Assembly (NCBI GenBank): GCA_002189035.1
Contig: CM007990.1
Location: 4,588,001 to 4,652,000, forward strand
Length of the DNA: 64,000 nucleotides
Reading direction: 5' to 3'
Source of the DNA: Utricularia gibba
Taxonomy: Eukaryota; Plantae; Magnoliophyta
Numbering within the stretch: position 1 is the stretch's first letter; each line of letters starts with the position of its first letter. Of the stretch, positions 24,219 through 40,253 are shown piece after piece. Below the pieces are notes generated by a model. That model had not been told where the DNA came from and did not search any database. It saw only the letters and a program-made list of their open reading frames with translations. The position numbers were made by a program, and so were the translations under genes.

Positions 24219-26234
24219 TTACATACCCGTTTTAAGGATCACCCTCAACAGGGGGATTTCACTAAAGTTCAGTAGCTCGTCGTCTGGATTCAGAGGCCCG
24301 AAAATTCCCTCGGCGCTCAGCGTCAATCCACCCTGGATTCAACATGCACCAGAAGAGAAGGATAATGTAGGCAGAGTGTGTATTTTCATAGTCAGACGCA
24401 AGTGTGTCAAGTGAACAAAAGGGTACCTCAGGTTGGAATCTCAGCATATCAGCACGAGCCATGGCTTCTGCTTGAGCAATTCTTTGTCTAAATGTCTGGG
24501 CCATCTCCTCGGCCTACGAGCAAAGGATGCATGATTGAACTGAATACAAGCCAAAACTTGATCCCAAGTAGTGAATCTTACCTTCTCGAAAACGAGCTTT
24601 GGGTTGCGAATCATGTCACCAGGAGTTGGCTCCAACTTCTTTGTTGAGAGGCTTACGCGACCCCTTTCACGATCGTGGCTAAGCACCATCACCTGCAACA
24701 GGATTATGCAGCATGAGCCACCACCCCCAAATGAGATGTGAAATGTAATGCATCACCTTCAGAGTGTCTCCAGGCTGAAGGACTGTAGCAATATCAGCCA
24801 CACGGTCGTGGCTGATTTGGCTGACGTGCAGAAGACCATTGATCCCACCAATGTCGATGAAGGCACCATAAGGTTTCAAACTCTGGACAGTTCCAATGAC
24901 CACGGATCCAATACCAAGCTGCGCCTGGCTATCAGCCATGGCCTTGCGGTTGCTCAGAACAAGACGTGTCTGCTCTTCATCCACCTCCACAAATTTTAAT
25001 GGAAGTTCTTTTTCCAGAAGCTCTTCTGGTGTTGATTTCTGAAAAATCAAGCAAATGTCATTATTTTTCTGTCTTAGATCACCCTGTCCATGAGATGCAC
25101 ACAAGTGAAATCAATAATGGTTGGCTGTATGTTCCTTGCAGAACATCACTGGCACATCATCATTCTATGACACAACCATAAAATTCAGAAATTCAAAATT
25201 TAAGGTTTTCAGAAAGAAGAACTCACAATTGAGATCTGTGAAAATGGAACAAAACCACGAAGCCCTTCGAGGAGTACAACCACACCACCTTTGTTTGCTC
25301 CGACCACCTGAATAGTGACGGACATTAAAAAAAATCACAAATGTACTACAACGAAAAATTTCATAAAAGAAAATTGTAAAAGAGAAAGAGCCTAATGTGT
25401 TGAAACTTACCTTACCCTTGACAACCACATCTTCAGCTTGTAGCTGTCTACACCGTTCCCAAGCAAGATCTCGTTGAATTGAACGCAAGCTCAAGATCAA
25501 ACTATCATCAGCTTCATTCTCGCCAACAACTACAAATTCCTCACGTAAACCGGGAAATATACCAGCCTCTTCCACATGCTTGATGGCATGGACAGACGCC
25601 TCACTTAAGGGCAAATATGCGGATGATTTTGCAGTTATGTCAACAATTGCTCCATTTGCATCTACACTGAAAACAGTTCCCTTGACCTTCAGAGTGTAAA
25701 GGAAACGAAAATATTCATCAGAATCATCAAAAGTCATCAATCATGCTCAAATTACCCACTGCATAATATCGTTATTCTTCATTTGATTTCATCAATGCAC
25801 CAGACTCCGAAAAACGAAAACTGGATAATTCAAAAAATAAATAACATACGCATCAGAGCATTGCAAAATCCAGGAAAACATAGCATTCAACCGACTCAAA
25901 GATACTACGCAGAAGGGGGCAAAAACAGACCTTCGTTCCTATTTCGAAATTGAAGTCGTACTTTTCGATTGCGGCATTAAATTCTTCGATTGTGAAATTA
26001 ACGCCTTCCATAGGAGCTGTAATGCACCTCTCATAAGCCTGTTGGAACAGCTCCTTCAGCTTCTGTCGCTCTCTTACCTCGCTGCTCGATGCGTAACCTG
26101 CTGCCGCAGCGACTACGGTTCTGGTTTTAGTGAGCAGCTTGCAGCAATAACTCTTGGATATACGAAATTTGTTGTCGAGTGTTGAGATTGGGGGCACTTG
26201 AGCCCCCGAGTTGCTGCGCCACCATAGACGCCAT
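24219..26234 (-). CDS. RPS1: Plastid 30S ribosomal protein S1 (bS1c) with transit peptide, 7 exons; frameshift in transit-peptide region in this sequence
   Basis: [12 protein letters not shown], three S1 domains ([26 protein letters not shown]; [12 protein letters not shown]; [29 protein letters not shown]), [29 protein letters not shown]. Confidence 0.93.
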
Positions 26235-27023
26235 TTATCCTGCAGTTGCTCTCAGTTCAAGCCAGGGACGAAGAAGCTACAAGAATCCCGACTACAAGTT
26301 TCCAGCGCGCGTGAGGCTCTCCACCGGATAAGGCTTAGCCGATGAGACAAAGAAAAACCGTCCCAGGTTCGGTTCGTACTGTATGGGCTTGAAACTAATG
26401 GGCCATATCCATTTGGGTCCAATGGACCTCAAACGCAGGTCGATGTATTGGATCCGCATAATTTCTTTCAGACCCATTAAAAAATAAAAACATTAATTTT
26501 AATTTATTATATATTTAAAAACAATTAATTCTGAGTGCAGGAGATCAACTTTGATTTTTCGATCATTTAATTAATAATATATTTAAATTATGATTATTTA
26601 AATAAACATACTTAAATTCGTTTGATTAAAAAATTTTCATGAAAAGGGTTTTAGTAAATCAAATTTGAAAAAATTATATAAGTATTTTATAAATTTTTCG
26701 GATATTAAAAAATACATTTGAGAACTATGTTACATGATTCCCTGCGATTTGTGGAAAATCATGCATAAAAATCGTATTACTAAAATCATCCTGAACCTCG
26801 CACCTCGCACCCGAATCTAGCACCTCACCCATTTTGGTGCAACCTAGTCTGAAAGCATGGAACAATCGTATGTTATTGTCTCAGAATCCTTTTACAGGTT
26901 CAAGTATGGTTATCAGAAGAGTACAATGGCGAAGGCCATCCTCCGATCAGAAGGGCCAGGAATGAAGAAAACCTGTGTAGCTTCGGTCAGAGATGACGAA
27001 AGAATGAACCCAGGCATCATCAT

Positions 27024-28953
<1,930 letters not shown>

Positions 28954-29262
28954 TCAAAATTGATTTGGTCATATCAAACAAATGAGCTTTTTATTACCCT
29001 AACCCTTACCCCCTTCCTTACAGTCGGTGATGAAATCCACGAGAAACTTCATTATTTATTCATTTCAATTAAAAATTAATTTATTAATCGATTAAACCAT
29101 ATATAAATTAATTTTATATTCAAATGCATTCCACTTCCGTACTTGAGTCGTTTCTTCTTCCTATCAAAAGAGAGAACAGATACAGCAGAATTACTGGTAC
29201 AACATGTGTAGATCCAGACACAGAGCCAAATTGCCTTTTCTCCAGCTTGGGTGTCTGTGTTT

Positions 29263-32200
29263 CTACTCAGCCCCATATTCCAGCTGCTCCCATCGGAACG
29301 GCCGGAACGAGAAGATAACCTCCGGCGAGCTCTTGAAGAGCAATGCGGCGCACACGCAAACAGCAGCGATTGCGAGCATGGAAAGCATGGCAGGTCTGTA
29401 CAGAGCCACCGGGCTTCCATACGCCATGGTGTCCCTACATCTCTTGCAGTTCAGCTGCTTTCTCGTGCTCTTCTCCGTTGCCAAGGCGGCGGCGCCTACC
29501 CTGCTGACATCCTCTGTGCTCTGCTTTGCTGCGCCATCCGGAATGTCCACAACCACCTGGTCATGTTTCTTGTTGAGCTTACTTTGAACCAAATGGATGT
29601 AGGAGTGGTGGCCTCGTAGCCGAGCATAGTCGTGTGGAGTCAATCCAGCGCTGTCACGAGCACTCTTCCATGCTTCAATCCCAACCTGAGAAATGAAGGA
29701 AAATTCAGTATTGTTCCTGAGCGGAATGCAGTATTGTTTGCAAAGGAGAAGGGAGTATTACCGATGCAGGGTTTTCGGTTAATGAATCTATTACAGCCTC
29801 CGAGTCGTCTAAACCAGCTGCAACATGAAGGGGAGTCAGCCCACCAGGCCCGGCGGCGTCAGGCTTGAACAAAAACCTGTTACCGGCGACTTGCTCATGG
29901 GCATCACCGGTTTGAACGGAGATTCCACTTGGTTGATATGTTAATAAAAACTTGACCATAGGCAGGCTGGTTTTACGGACGGCACGGTGGAGGAGCCCAA
30001 CGTCGGACAATGCGGCGAAAACAGACATGCTCCCGTCTGCAACCACGGTTCCATCCATCAGAACATCCAATAGCTTCCTTGCTACTGCAGGCCATTCATG
30101 GTCTATGGCGAATTCAATTAGGAACTTGTAGCGCCAGAAGGGAAAAGGGTCCAAATCTTCACTCAGTTTGCCTGATCTGAAAACCAAGTGAGTTTTGTGC
30201 AGAAGCCACCCGATTTCATGAACAAAGTTCAAGGCTTGGCTTCTAGCTTCACATTTACTGGTGTCTGGAGTTGCATCGTTAGTAGCATCGATGATGTTCT
30301 CCAGGCCGCGAATCTCAGTGCAGACGTCCTTTTCTGCAACAATGAATGGGAAGAAGCTGCTGCTGAGACAGCAATCTTCGACCTACATAAGTTGAAAGCA
30401 AATTCAGCACCACAGAAACGATACTGCAATACAACGAGCAATAAAAAGGTAACAGGAGACCTCAATAAATCCTCTCCCAACAGCATTCGGTATTGTACAA
30501 GAGAAACTGATGCACTGGACTTGCTCTTCCTGATTAGTAAGAAAATCATCTTTAACAGTATCTGCACAACTTTCTTGAAGAAGATACTTCCCTTCAAGAG
30601 CACAATGTAACCTGGTACAGTTGCAGGATGGCGCCACTATAAGATAATCCCAGTGGTCTTTTGGAAAAAAGAATGGATATCTAACCAATTTCCAGATATG
30701 GAGATGAGCATACCTTGAACCAGAGCCAGATAAATTATAGCCCTTGACAACGAAATGGGCTGATTCAGAGAAGGAAGCAGCAATTGGTGTGACCATTGAT
30801 ATTTTGCAAGTCTGATGGGCACTCAGAGAGATAGGCATATCTAAAACAACTTGGCCTGCAGTGACACAAGAGCTACTTTTAGTGTTGTAAGCATCTAGAA
30901 ATTATTGACCAAAGCTTCTGAAATGCAAAAGCAGAAGACCCATTCAAGGGATAGAAAGTTTGACCATACCATTGTATGCAAAAGAGGCATGATGCTGTAC
31001 TCTTGTATATATCCATTCAGTTCTCCAAAACGGATCACAAGATTCATCGAGAAGCTTCCTCAAACTGGAATGCAGGTTGTAGTAGAGCTACAAGAAAAAT
31101 GGCAACATGGAGTGAAATAGAACCTTTATGACTGAGTAAATTTGCATGCATGTGAGCCAATTTAAACTTACCTCATCCCAGTTAGATTTATCCATGCATG
31201 CATAAATTGTTAATATGACACAACCAGGTCTGATATAGCTCTCAATATCCGTAGGACTAGTGGATAGCCAATCAAGAATCTGGCATTTGATTGGATAAAA
31301 TCAAGCATTTTTCATGAGGGGATTCAAAAAGGCAACGTGGGGTATAACCAGGAAACGAACCTGTTTTCGCAGGTCAAGAGGGAGATCACTTGGATTTTTT
31401 CCAAACAGCTTAAAAACAATCCTATCTGTATGAGTCTGTAAGCACAAATTGGTCAGGAAAAGCGTAAACGATATGAAGCACATGAGGTGGAAGCAAAAGC
31501 AAGATGTACCCGTGACTCTCCACTGGATGTTGATGGTGACTGGCTCCATAATGACACTGAATTCCCACTATTCTGCAAGGGACTCGACCTTTGAGGTTCT
31601 TTGAAGGACCAAGGTACGAGACATGGTGAAACATTCTCAGGATTATCATGGGGGGCATTGTCCACAAAATCTTCCATATGATCCTCAGTGTCATCATACG
31701 GACTGTTTAGGTCAATACCACTCATTTTAATTCTTCCTACTTTGGCTGAACCATTAGAAGAACATGGAGGAGACGTCTCACATGCAGTTTCCACTTGAAC
31801 AATATCAGTCAGGGTACTCTTATGTGGACTATCAAAGGGCAATGTGAAGCCTCTCCCATCAGGACTTGTTTCCTGCAATAATATGCAACCATATGAAGAA
31901 GCAAGCAGCACATTTTGATCATTAATAGATTAATACCTTGTGCACCGTTCCCATATTATGAGAATTCTGGGAGGAAGGTAATAATCTACTAGGACTTGTG
32001 GTGCCAGCAGAGCCAGCAACAGTTGCAAGATTTCTGAGAAGATGAGAGAGGAGTTCCTGATCGTTGGTTTGCTCAGAGCTGTTGGCTGTAATTACAAAAA
32101 TGGGAAGTTTTGGAAGTGTTAAGGTCATATGGAAATTGAGCAGCAGAAGCAAACCTTATGCTCATTACGCCAATAACAACAAAGAGACATAATACTGTCA

Positions 32201-33217
32201 AATTTTCAGCAGCCAGAACAAGGGAAATTATCTCACAGCCATAAAATGGTTCAAGAGTTCTCAGTCTTTTCTTCGGGTGGAAATCAACAAAAGGCTATAG
32301 GCTAGCTCTTGAAAAAAAGAATTCAAGAACCCCACACTACTGCGTACTTACATTGGGTATTTGAAAGTATCCTCAGCAGACTAGTTAACAAATATTTAGC
32401 CCCCTGCTCATCAGTCAGTGCACTAGTGGCAACTACATTTTCTGGATGTGCTTTCCTCCGCCGTTTATTGTGCCCTGCCAGACGCCTGCGACAACTCCTC
32501 TTCCCTTCATCAAATTCTTCAAGGGCGTGAAATCTGCAGATGGAAAGTATAATAGATCAATGAAAAAGGCTGTGCCTTTACCACGAAAATTTATGCCAGA
32601 ATAAACAGTTTGAGGAATCAATTGGGGAATCAAAACATAACACACCTGCTACACTGCTGACAAAATCGCTGCATAACGTTCCCAACTAGAGCCCTGCTAG
32701 CTTTGGAATGCACTTCACAAACTTTATGACGTCTATGATAATCCTTAGCACTACTCAGATCAGCTTTACAATCCTCAACTTGACAAACGGCTCGACTGGA
32801 CTGTGAATCAGATAGCTTGGACTTCTTCCTACCCTTTTCCCATTTACCAGAGTCTCCATCTACGACAGGAGGCACGTGTCCACCCAGCTTCAAACTAAGG
32901 GATCCATTATCTTCCTCTTCATTTATCTCGATATGCCGCCTCCTTTTTTCGGTATCCCTCTTCTCCATCCCATCTTCCAGTACATGTTCATGGGACAAAA
33001 AGTTCAGGCAACCATCTTTTACAGGAGGATCAAAACCAATTGGGAAGAATTTTCGACTCCGACAATCAGATGGCACTGCCGTCAGTGGAGCAGCCCTTAG
33101 AAAGTCTCCATCCCATGTCCAATCATTCAAGTCCCACTCCGTACTTTTCCCCAACCCACTCAATGGTTCTGAAACGACAGAACCATAGACGCGACGCAAA
33201 CTACCGCCTAACTCCAT
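29263..33217 (-). CDS. SPL1: SQUAMOSA promoter-binding-like protein, SPL1/SPL12 clade (SBP + ankyrin-like + C-terminal TM), about 10 exons
   Basis: [14 protein letters not shown] zinc finger [26 protein letters not shown]...[11 protein letters not shown]...[74 protein letters not shown]. Confidence 0.93.
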
Positions 33218-35469
33218 CGAGACAAACCAAATAGCTTGCAGGAACGAACTACAATTTCAAGAAGCACAGCTCACAGAAAAAAAGAAAAGGGAAACTTTTC
33301 TTGTAAACAAAACCAACACTACCCCAAATCTCGTAAAACTAACTAGAATGTAGACTTAATTAATACTCATCTACCAGTCAGCCATATAATCCAGAAAAAA
33401 CGCAACAGCTACGCCATCTCAAATTTTACACAAAACCCAGAAACGTCTCAACTCCTCCTTACAAAAGCTGGAATTTTGGTCTGAGAAACAGAAAATCTGA
33501 AAATTTCCCCCAGATGCCTGAACCTCCAAGATGCAACCTTTTTTTAAACTAACACATCTCCAGAGATAAGACGACCCTGAACGGAGGCTGCTTCCGATGT
33601 GAAGACTGCCCAATCAGATGGGGAACATAGAAATCCAAACTCCCCCAGATCGAATAACTGGCGGAAACAAAAGATGAGAAGAACAAAAGCTCTCCTTTAA
33701 TGACGACAGCAACGTTCGCATCAGAAATGAAAAGGGGGGTCACACTAATTTACTTACCAACGTGGTAACTGGTACAACTTACTCCTCCGGTGGTCCTTAA
33801 CAAGTCAAAAACCAGTACAATTACAGCTCAAATCTCAACACACAAGTAGTGCCTAAAAAAAGAAAAACAAAAAACCGTTCACACCGCCGGCAGAAAAAGA
33901 ACACGGCGTCCTTTCCTTTTTAATTCCCCGTTCGTTTACTTTTTACTGTTTATTAATTTAGTTTACACCGGTAATAAATGATGCATACATACAATATAAT
34001 TAATATTTTTCTTGATTTTACCGAACAGTTAGTCTTTTAAAATTCAAAATATAAAATTCAAACAATAATTTTATTTTTGGTAATATTTTTATAATTGATT
34101 GAACATGATTCAATTCATTGTAACAAAATTTTAACCCAAAAATATAAGTAAACTCCAAAATGAGTTAAATTCATTTACTCTTACAAGACTAAACCCTAAC
34201 CCTAAACATCATAATAATTAAATATTGATGGACAATTTAAATTTGAACACACAGAAAAATATTATATTGCAAGGTAAAGGATCTAATAATTGTATCTCAT
34301 ATTGATTATGATTAGGAATAAGCATACTTAAATAAAAAGATACTATTAATTTTATATGAGATTTTTACTCTTAATAAAAGAATGTAAAATCGTAAAAATT
34401 AATTGTAAAAAATAAATAATATCATATAAGTAAAATATAAATCGTGACATATATTAGACCAACATCTAAACAAATTAAAAAAGTTATGACATTATTAATA
34501 CTTTTTCCATACTTTTATAGAAGATTTGTATAAATAGATTACCATAACTTATTTTTTACCTTTTAAAAAATAGAAAGTTTTCATAAAATAAAAACAAAAA
34601 CATGGATGTTCTGTAAAATACTTTTTAATATGAAATCTACAGAATAAAAATATTTTATGATGAAAAAAAATCGAAATCCTCTTAGAAATTTAAAACATGG
34701 GTTCCATGTGAGGCACATGATGATGAAAAGGCAGGAGGATGGGGAGTTTTGGTTAAGATAGGTAAAAGAGGAGGGTAAACGCAATTAAGGGTTATTAATG
34801 GGATTAATTATCGTAATTAAAAACCATAGAAGTTATGTTATTAAGATTTATGTGTTGATATTCTTCACATTGGAGGACTACAAGTCAAGGCATGAGATTC
34901 GATCTTGGTTCACCACAACAAATTTATTTTTTCACTCAAAATTTTGAATTAAATATTCCCTATAATAAATTAAATGTGTAAAAATATTACGATAAATAAA
35001 AATAATTATTTAAATTTTAATATTTCTAAATTTTTTTAAAAAATTATTGAATGGTAGTTACTAGTGAGATGAGTCCGTTTTACCATGGAATCTTGGCTTC
35101 CCCTGAAATACACCTATGTTTTCAATTAGATACAAGTTGAATCGATTAACTGGTTTTCGGTAAGTCAATTAGATACAAGTTGAATATAAATTTTTTTAAC
35201 CTCAAATTTAATTTTTCACTAGACGAAATTAGCATCTTATGTTTTTCAACTGCTTGTTGCCCATTCATTGCCATGGTTCATTTTATTCGAGAATCCAGAC
35301 GATGGTATCTGCAAAAGGAACAAGAAGAATCAAAAGAACTACTACACCAGTGCAGCTCAGAGCTCCTCTGGTGCAGATCACAGGAAATGAGGTAGGTACT
35401 TAGTGAAACAGGGAAGCGCTCCTTGATCTATTCTGGTGAAATTTCGCAGGCCAAGCAAGGATATCAACG

Positions 35470-36570
35470 TCAATCTGCACTCATGAAGGGATCTGGTGCA
35501 AAATGGGAAGGTTACACAGAATACAAGTAACTTGTCGTTTGACCCACAACAAGTTCCTAGCAGGTTCTATTTTGTACCAGGAGACACTGGCACACCCCTC
35601 ATGCCCCATCTTTTCATTCCACCCTATAAATTAACCAAAGAAGAAGGTGTGTAAAAGGAAAAACCAAGCTTCAGAAAAATAATATCTGAGTTAACATGAT
35701 TGCCATAGCAGAAGACAACTGATGAGAATGTTTAAGCAAAATCTTACGAACATTAACAAGAGAAAAAAGGGATACCAAAACAGTGTGCAGCAGTTATCGT
35801 TTTCCCCTGTATAATAATGATAGCTTTCAAAGAAAAACAATAAAGGGTTATTGTGTACTCTGAAGCACAGTACACAATCGGTGCATAAAGTTCAAGCCTT
35901 TATTCTCTACGGAAACAAAGAAATGAGAAGCTTTAACGTGTGGATAAACATAACCAAGCGGTCACCTGGAATCACTTCCTTTTGTAATTTCCGTGGCATC
36001 CACATATTGCCCCGGAAGAAAATGAAGGGCGCCAATTGATATGCCTAACTTATAGATTCTGGATGCGTCAAATGCCTCTTCTCTTTTGGTATACTCCCAA
36101 TCTAGGTATCACCATTATATTGGCCATCAAGACAACGAATACAGTGGCCAGTTGATACGAACTAAATAAAGCTAAGACTGTGAAAGCATCTTGAGCAATT
36201 TGCATAACAATGGAGTCACCAATCCATGCAATAAGGATAGGCCAAAAATTCCCCGTTAACTTACCGTCAAAGTCAAAAAATTGAACTCAAAGACAATGTA
36301 GAAGCAGTCGGAGGCATGGTGGTAGTAGAAGCGAGCAAATTTCCTCCTTTTCAGGGGTTTCGTTTAGACAAACAATGTTACAATCCAGACAACGACCACA
36401 AAGCCGTCTGCCACACTTCGCGGCGACCACCCCCGCAAGCTTCGAACTTGGGCTCATCATCCCAGGCTTCGTTTCGATGGTTCTGATGCTAACCGTATCA
36501 CCATTTTCCGGCGTCGTACATAGCTTCCTCAGCTGCGCAATGAGACTGACACCTCTTGAAAGGGCCGGGG
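35470..36570 (-). pseudogene. RPL3: Unprocessed pseudogene of nuclear-encoded mitochondrial ribosomal protein L3 (uL3m)
   Basis: Collinear fragments RTIETKPGMMSPSSKLAGVVAAKCG / TALW / PILIAWIGDSIVMQI / KRHLTHPE / ISIGALHFLPGQYVDATEITKG / GGMKRWGMRGVPVS / YKIEPARNLLWVKRQ / DPFMSAD* match plant uL3m; no in-frame ATG, non-homopolymer frameshifts, premature stops and multi-codon deletions; introns retained. Confidence 0.85.
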
Positions 36571-36873
36571 TAGGGAGCGAAGAACTGCAGCTACATTCCG
36601 GTGCGGCGAATATGGGCCGTCGTTTTCTATTCTCCTTTCAGGATGGGCTAACCCAAATGTGATCCAAAAGTAGACCCGGCCCATTTAATGCAATGCGTGC
36701 GTGACTAAAAAAGGAATAATTGAATTTAATTTACAGGAGAAAAGAGGATTTGATCTGTAAAAATGCCGATCGCCTAGTGACATCATCAGAAGTCGCAACG
36801 CAAGTCCAGGGGCAGAATTTGCCATTCGGCGGCCGCCTGTTGATTAAATCCTAGAATCTCGCCGTCATTTTCA
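36571..36873. promoter_or_regulatory. Candidate bidirectional promoter between RPL3 pseudogene and PUX7
   Basis: About 300 nt head-to-head gap with site II motifs (ATGGGCCG about 36611, ATGGGCT about 36643, GGCCCA about 36678). Confidence 0.45.
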
Positions 36874-39800
36874 ATGGAGGCTGTTCTTTCTGCAGGGGAT
36901 CAACAGAGGATGGTGTCTTCCTTCCTGGAAATCGCTGTCGGCCAAACAGCGGAGACCGCTCGCCAGTTTCTTCAGGTATGCGGTAAATTGGGTTGAATTT
37001 TGTGCCTTTTTTTTAACCAAACTTAGTTAGTCATTATTCTTGGTGGTTGGTGATTTGGTTTAAGTTTGTAATTGGGTTCTAGGTTCTTTATTTGTAATTT
37101 TGCAAGTACGCCGCTTATTGTTGATGGTTGCTTTGGATTGCTGAAAGATTTTGGCATTATATCATTTATGATTCGAAAAATTTGATGGAATCATGAGTTA
37201 CTGGGTTTTTATTTGGTGAAATTTTTATAATGATGAACTGGCAACTGGAAAGTAAGAGGTGAATGTTCTTTATGAAGAATTCTTTCGTTTACCCTTAATG
37301 TTGTTTAGCCTAATACGTTCTCGAATTACCTGTTTGGGATCTTGAGTTGTAAAAAAATCAGGGTCGGATTTTATGATTTTCTTTTTTGGTAAAATTACTT
37401 TTTCAGGCCACTAGCTGGAAGCTTGAGGAAGCTCTTCAGCTTTTTTACGTCGAAAATGAAGCTGGGTCTCTGGCAGGGTCAGGGTCCACGCTTCCAGCAG
37501 TAAATGATTCAGAATTCCAAGATTTAAGTCGAAGGTGTGTTGTGTGAAGAATAGTTGTGCCATGGAGTGCCTTCTTTTGGAATTTTACTATACATTTCTT
37601 TTAAAAAGCAGTGATTCAGGTAAGGATTGGGGTGGTCAAGACAGTGCACCGGACGTGCGCGCACCATTACCTGTGATAAGAGACGTGCTTTATGACAATA
37701 TGTTGCCATATAGGTACTCTAGTTCCTTACTGATGCACCTGGAATATTATTTAGTTACTAATCGATTATTTTTATAAAACAATTAAACAATTTTGGTTTT
37801 TTTCGCTCTTCCTTGATCTTCTATGTTGATAGACATGGTATTTATTAATTATGTTGGTTTCATTGTAGAGGTCCAAGACAACAACATGGAACTCCTCCTG
37901 TTATTGCCTTCCGCAACTTTGATGAAGAAATGAAGCGATCTGGAGTTTGGGAAGGGGATCAAGGCTCATCTTCTTCCATGGCAGCAAAAGCGCAAGACAA
38001 TCTTGCCTCTCTTTATCGCCCTCCATTTGCATTGATGTACCATGGGCCTTTTGAGAAGGTGAAACCATCTTCTGTATTTTTTTTTTTTTTTGTAGGAGAT
38101 GTGCATGGTTATTTACAATGTTTTTTCTGTGTTTGTTTGGGAAGCTTGTGAGAGCCTCTGATGTGTCTCGGAGTTTTTTTAAAGCACTGATACACTTCGA
38201 CGCTTATTTTGCCATTGTTATAGTGATATTGCAACTGGTATCTATGTGGCCCAGTGCTTTTTTTACAATGTTTCAATTTGTGGAACTGCTGTTGGGTATG
38301 GAATCATTGGAAATTTATGCAAATGATTAAAGAAATGGATATGAGAACTCAAGTGTAATAGGTGAATCTCGGCAAGCACACCTCAGAGTTGGGGTGCATG
38401 TTTATTGCTTCTTAACTGCGCTATATCTATTTTACATATTCTGCTTCTCTGATTTTCTAAAACAGGCTAAGGATTGTGCAAGAACTCAGAACAAATGGCT
38501 TCTGATAAACATGCAGTCAGCCTTGGAGTTTAGCTCCCACATGGTATATGTTTACTTGCTCTTACCCCCATGTGTATGGCTGTATTCACACCTATGTATA
38601 TGAAAATGCACGCTCCATTTCCAATCAGCAATTGGATACTTCTTACAAATGCTTCAAAAGTTTTTCCTGTAGAAATCTCTCCTCCTGATTGAATTGAATG
38701 CGTCTTCGAATTTCACTTTCTTTAGCTTAAGCCTTTTTTCTGGGTCGGAATAAGTATCTTGCTAGATTATTGAACTTCATTTGTTCTTCTGAAGCTTAAC
38801 CGTGACACTTGGGCTAACGAGGCTGTAGCTCAGACTATCAAAGCTAACTTCATCTTCTGGCAGGTTTGTTGCTTACTTATCTGTCGACTTTTAGTATCCC
38901 TCTTTCTTATGGTCTGTAGAACCAGCATAGTAATTTCATATGTAAATGAAGATCCGTTTGACATAATGTTTAAGCAAGATGCTTATTGAGTATTGTTATT
39001 GTGGATGATGCCTTTTTTTTTTTTTATCATGAACGGGATTTTTTGGTTGTGAGAGCTGTTTTCATGTGTGATGTGAAATTTTATATGCCTTGAGTCCTAG
39101 GGATTATCTGCTCTAGGTGCTCCACATCGTCAGAATATTCTTAGTAAGATTACTGATAATATTTGATGTGTGTGTGCTAAGGTTTACGATGATACAGAGG
39201 AGGGAAGCAAAGTTTGCACGTATTACAAATTGAACAATCTGCCTGCAGTTCTACTTCTTGATCCGATAACGGGTCAGAAACTGCGCACCTGGCATGGAAT
39301 GGTTCAACCACAATCTTTGTTGGAGGTGCTGTGTGTTATGATATGTTTATTTTTTCATGAGATTGTAAGCTTTGCCCCATGAAAAAAGATTATCTTTTTT
39401 ATATTGTAGGATCTAATACCATACATGGACGGAAGCCCATCAGAGAATCATTTTAGTCTCTCTCACAAGCGTCCTAGGGAAGGTTCTCAACCTCCAGTTC
39501 TACGCCCTCATCGTGTGCCAGGTAATCCTTTTCTTGCTATTTGTTAAATCAAGTCCAGGGTACTTGGGTGCAATCTTGGTGGTGATGGCCGGCAATATAT
39601 CAGAACTTCCATTCATCAGTTTTGTTCCTTGCTGGGGAGAGATACAGCTCTGGTCTTTAACCTGAGGATATTATGCCACTGCCTTTTATGATTCTAACTC
39701 ATGCTGGCAACGCAAGAGCTTCTATATATTATCCATTGTATGATTGAATGCTGTATCCTTGCTGCAGATAGTAAAACCGATGAGGAAGATGAAGAACTAA

Positions 39801-40253
39801 AGCGAGCTTTGGCTGCCTCCTTGGAGAATTTTGATGGCGGTCATACAAGCGATCCCAAAGTCACTGAACCCGAAGTCACTGGAGACAGTATTAAGGAGTC
39901 TAAGTGTACCTACTTACCCCTACCCGAAGAACCCAAGGTGGATAGAAATCTGCTCTGCAAAATTGGTGTGCGTCTCCCCGATGGCCGCAGAGTCCAAAGG
40001 AGCTTTCTCCTCAGCGATCCAATTCAGGTAAACCCTGCTTTGCCTTGCTAACCCTTTTATTGTAAACCTGACATACCCATCACTGCAGCTCCTTTGGTCC
40101 TTCTGCGCCTCTGAGCTGAAAGAAGCCGGCCAACGCCCATTTCGCCTAACCCAAGCCATACCCGGTGCGACAAAAAATCTGGACATCAATGTCGAATCAA
40201 CATTTAAGGAATCAGGACTCGACAACTGCATGGTTTCAGTTGCTTGGTGCTGA
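36874..40253 (+). CDS. PUX7: Plant UBX domain-containing protein 7 (UBA-like, UAS, UIM, UBX; CDC48 adaptor), about 10 exons
   Basis: MVSSFLEIAVGQTAETARQFLQATSWKLEEALQLF, LASLYRPPF, QNKWLLINMQ, EFSSHMLNRDTWANE, EDEELKRALAASL (UIM), CKIGVRLPDGRRVQRSF (UBX). Confidence 0.92.

Noticed and set aside
29263-33217. Search for a miR156/157 site in the SPL gene
   Set aside because: No GTGCTCTCTCTCTTCTGTCA-like site seen, as expected for the SPL1/12 clade.
34190-34206. TAAACCCTAACCCTAAA as an interstitial telomere or chromosome-fusion scar
   Set aside because: Only two units; better explained as a telo-box upstream of the SPL gene.
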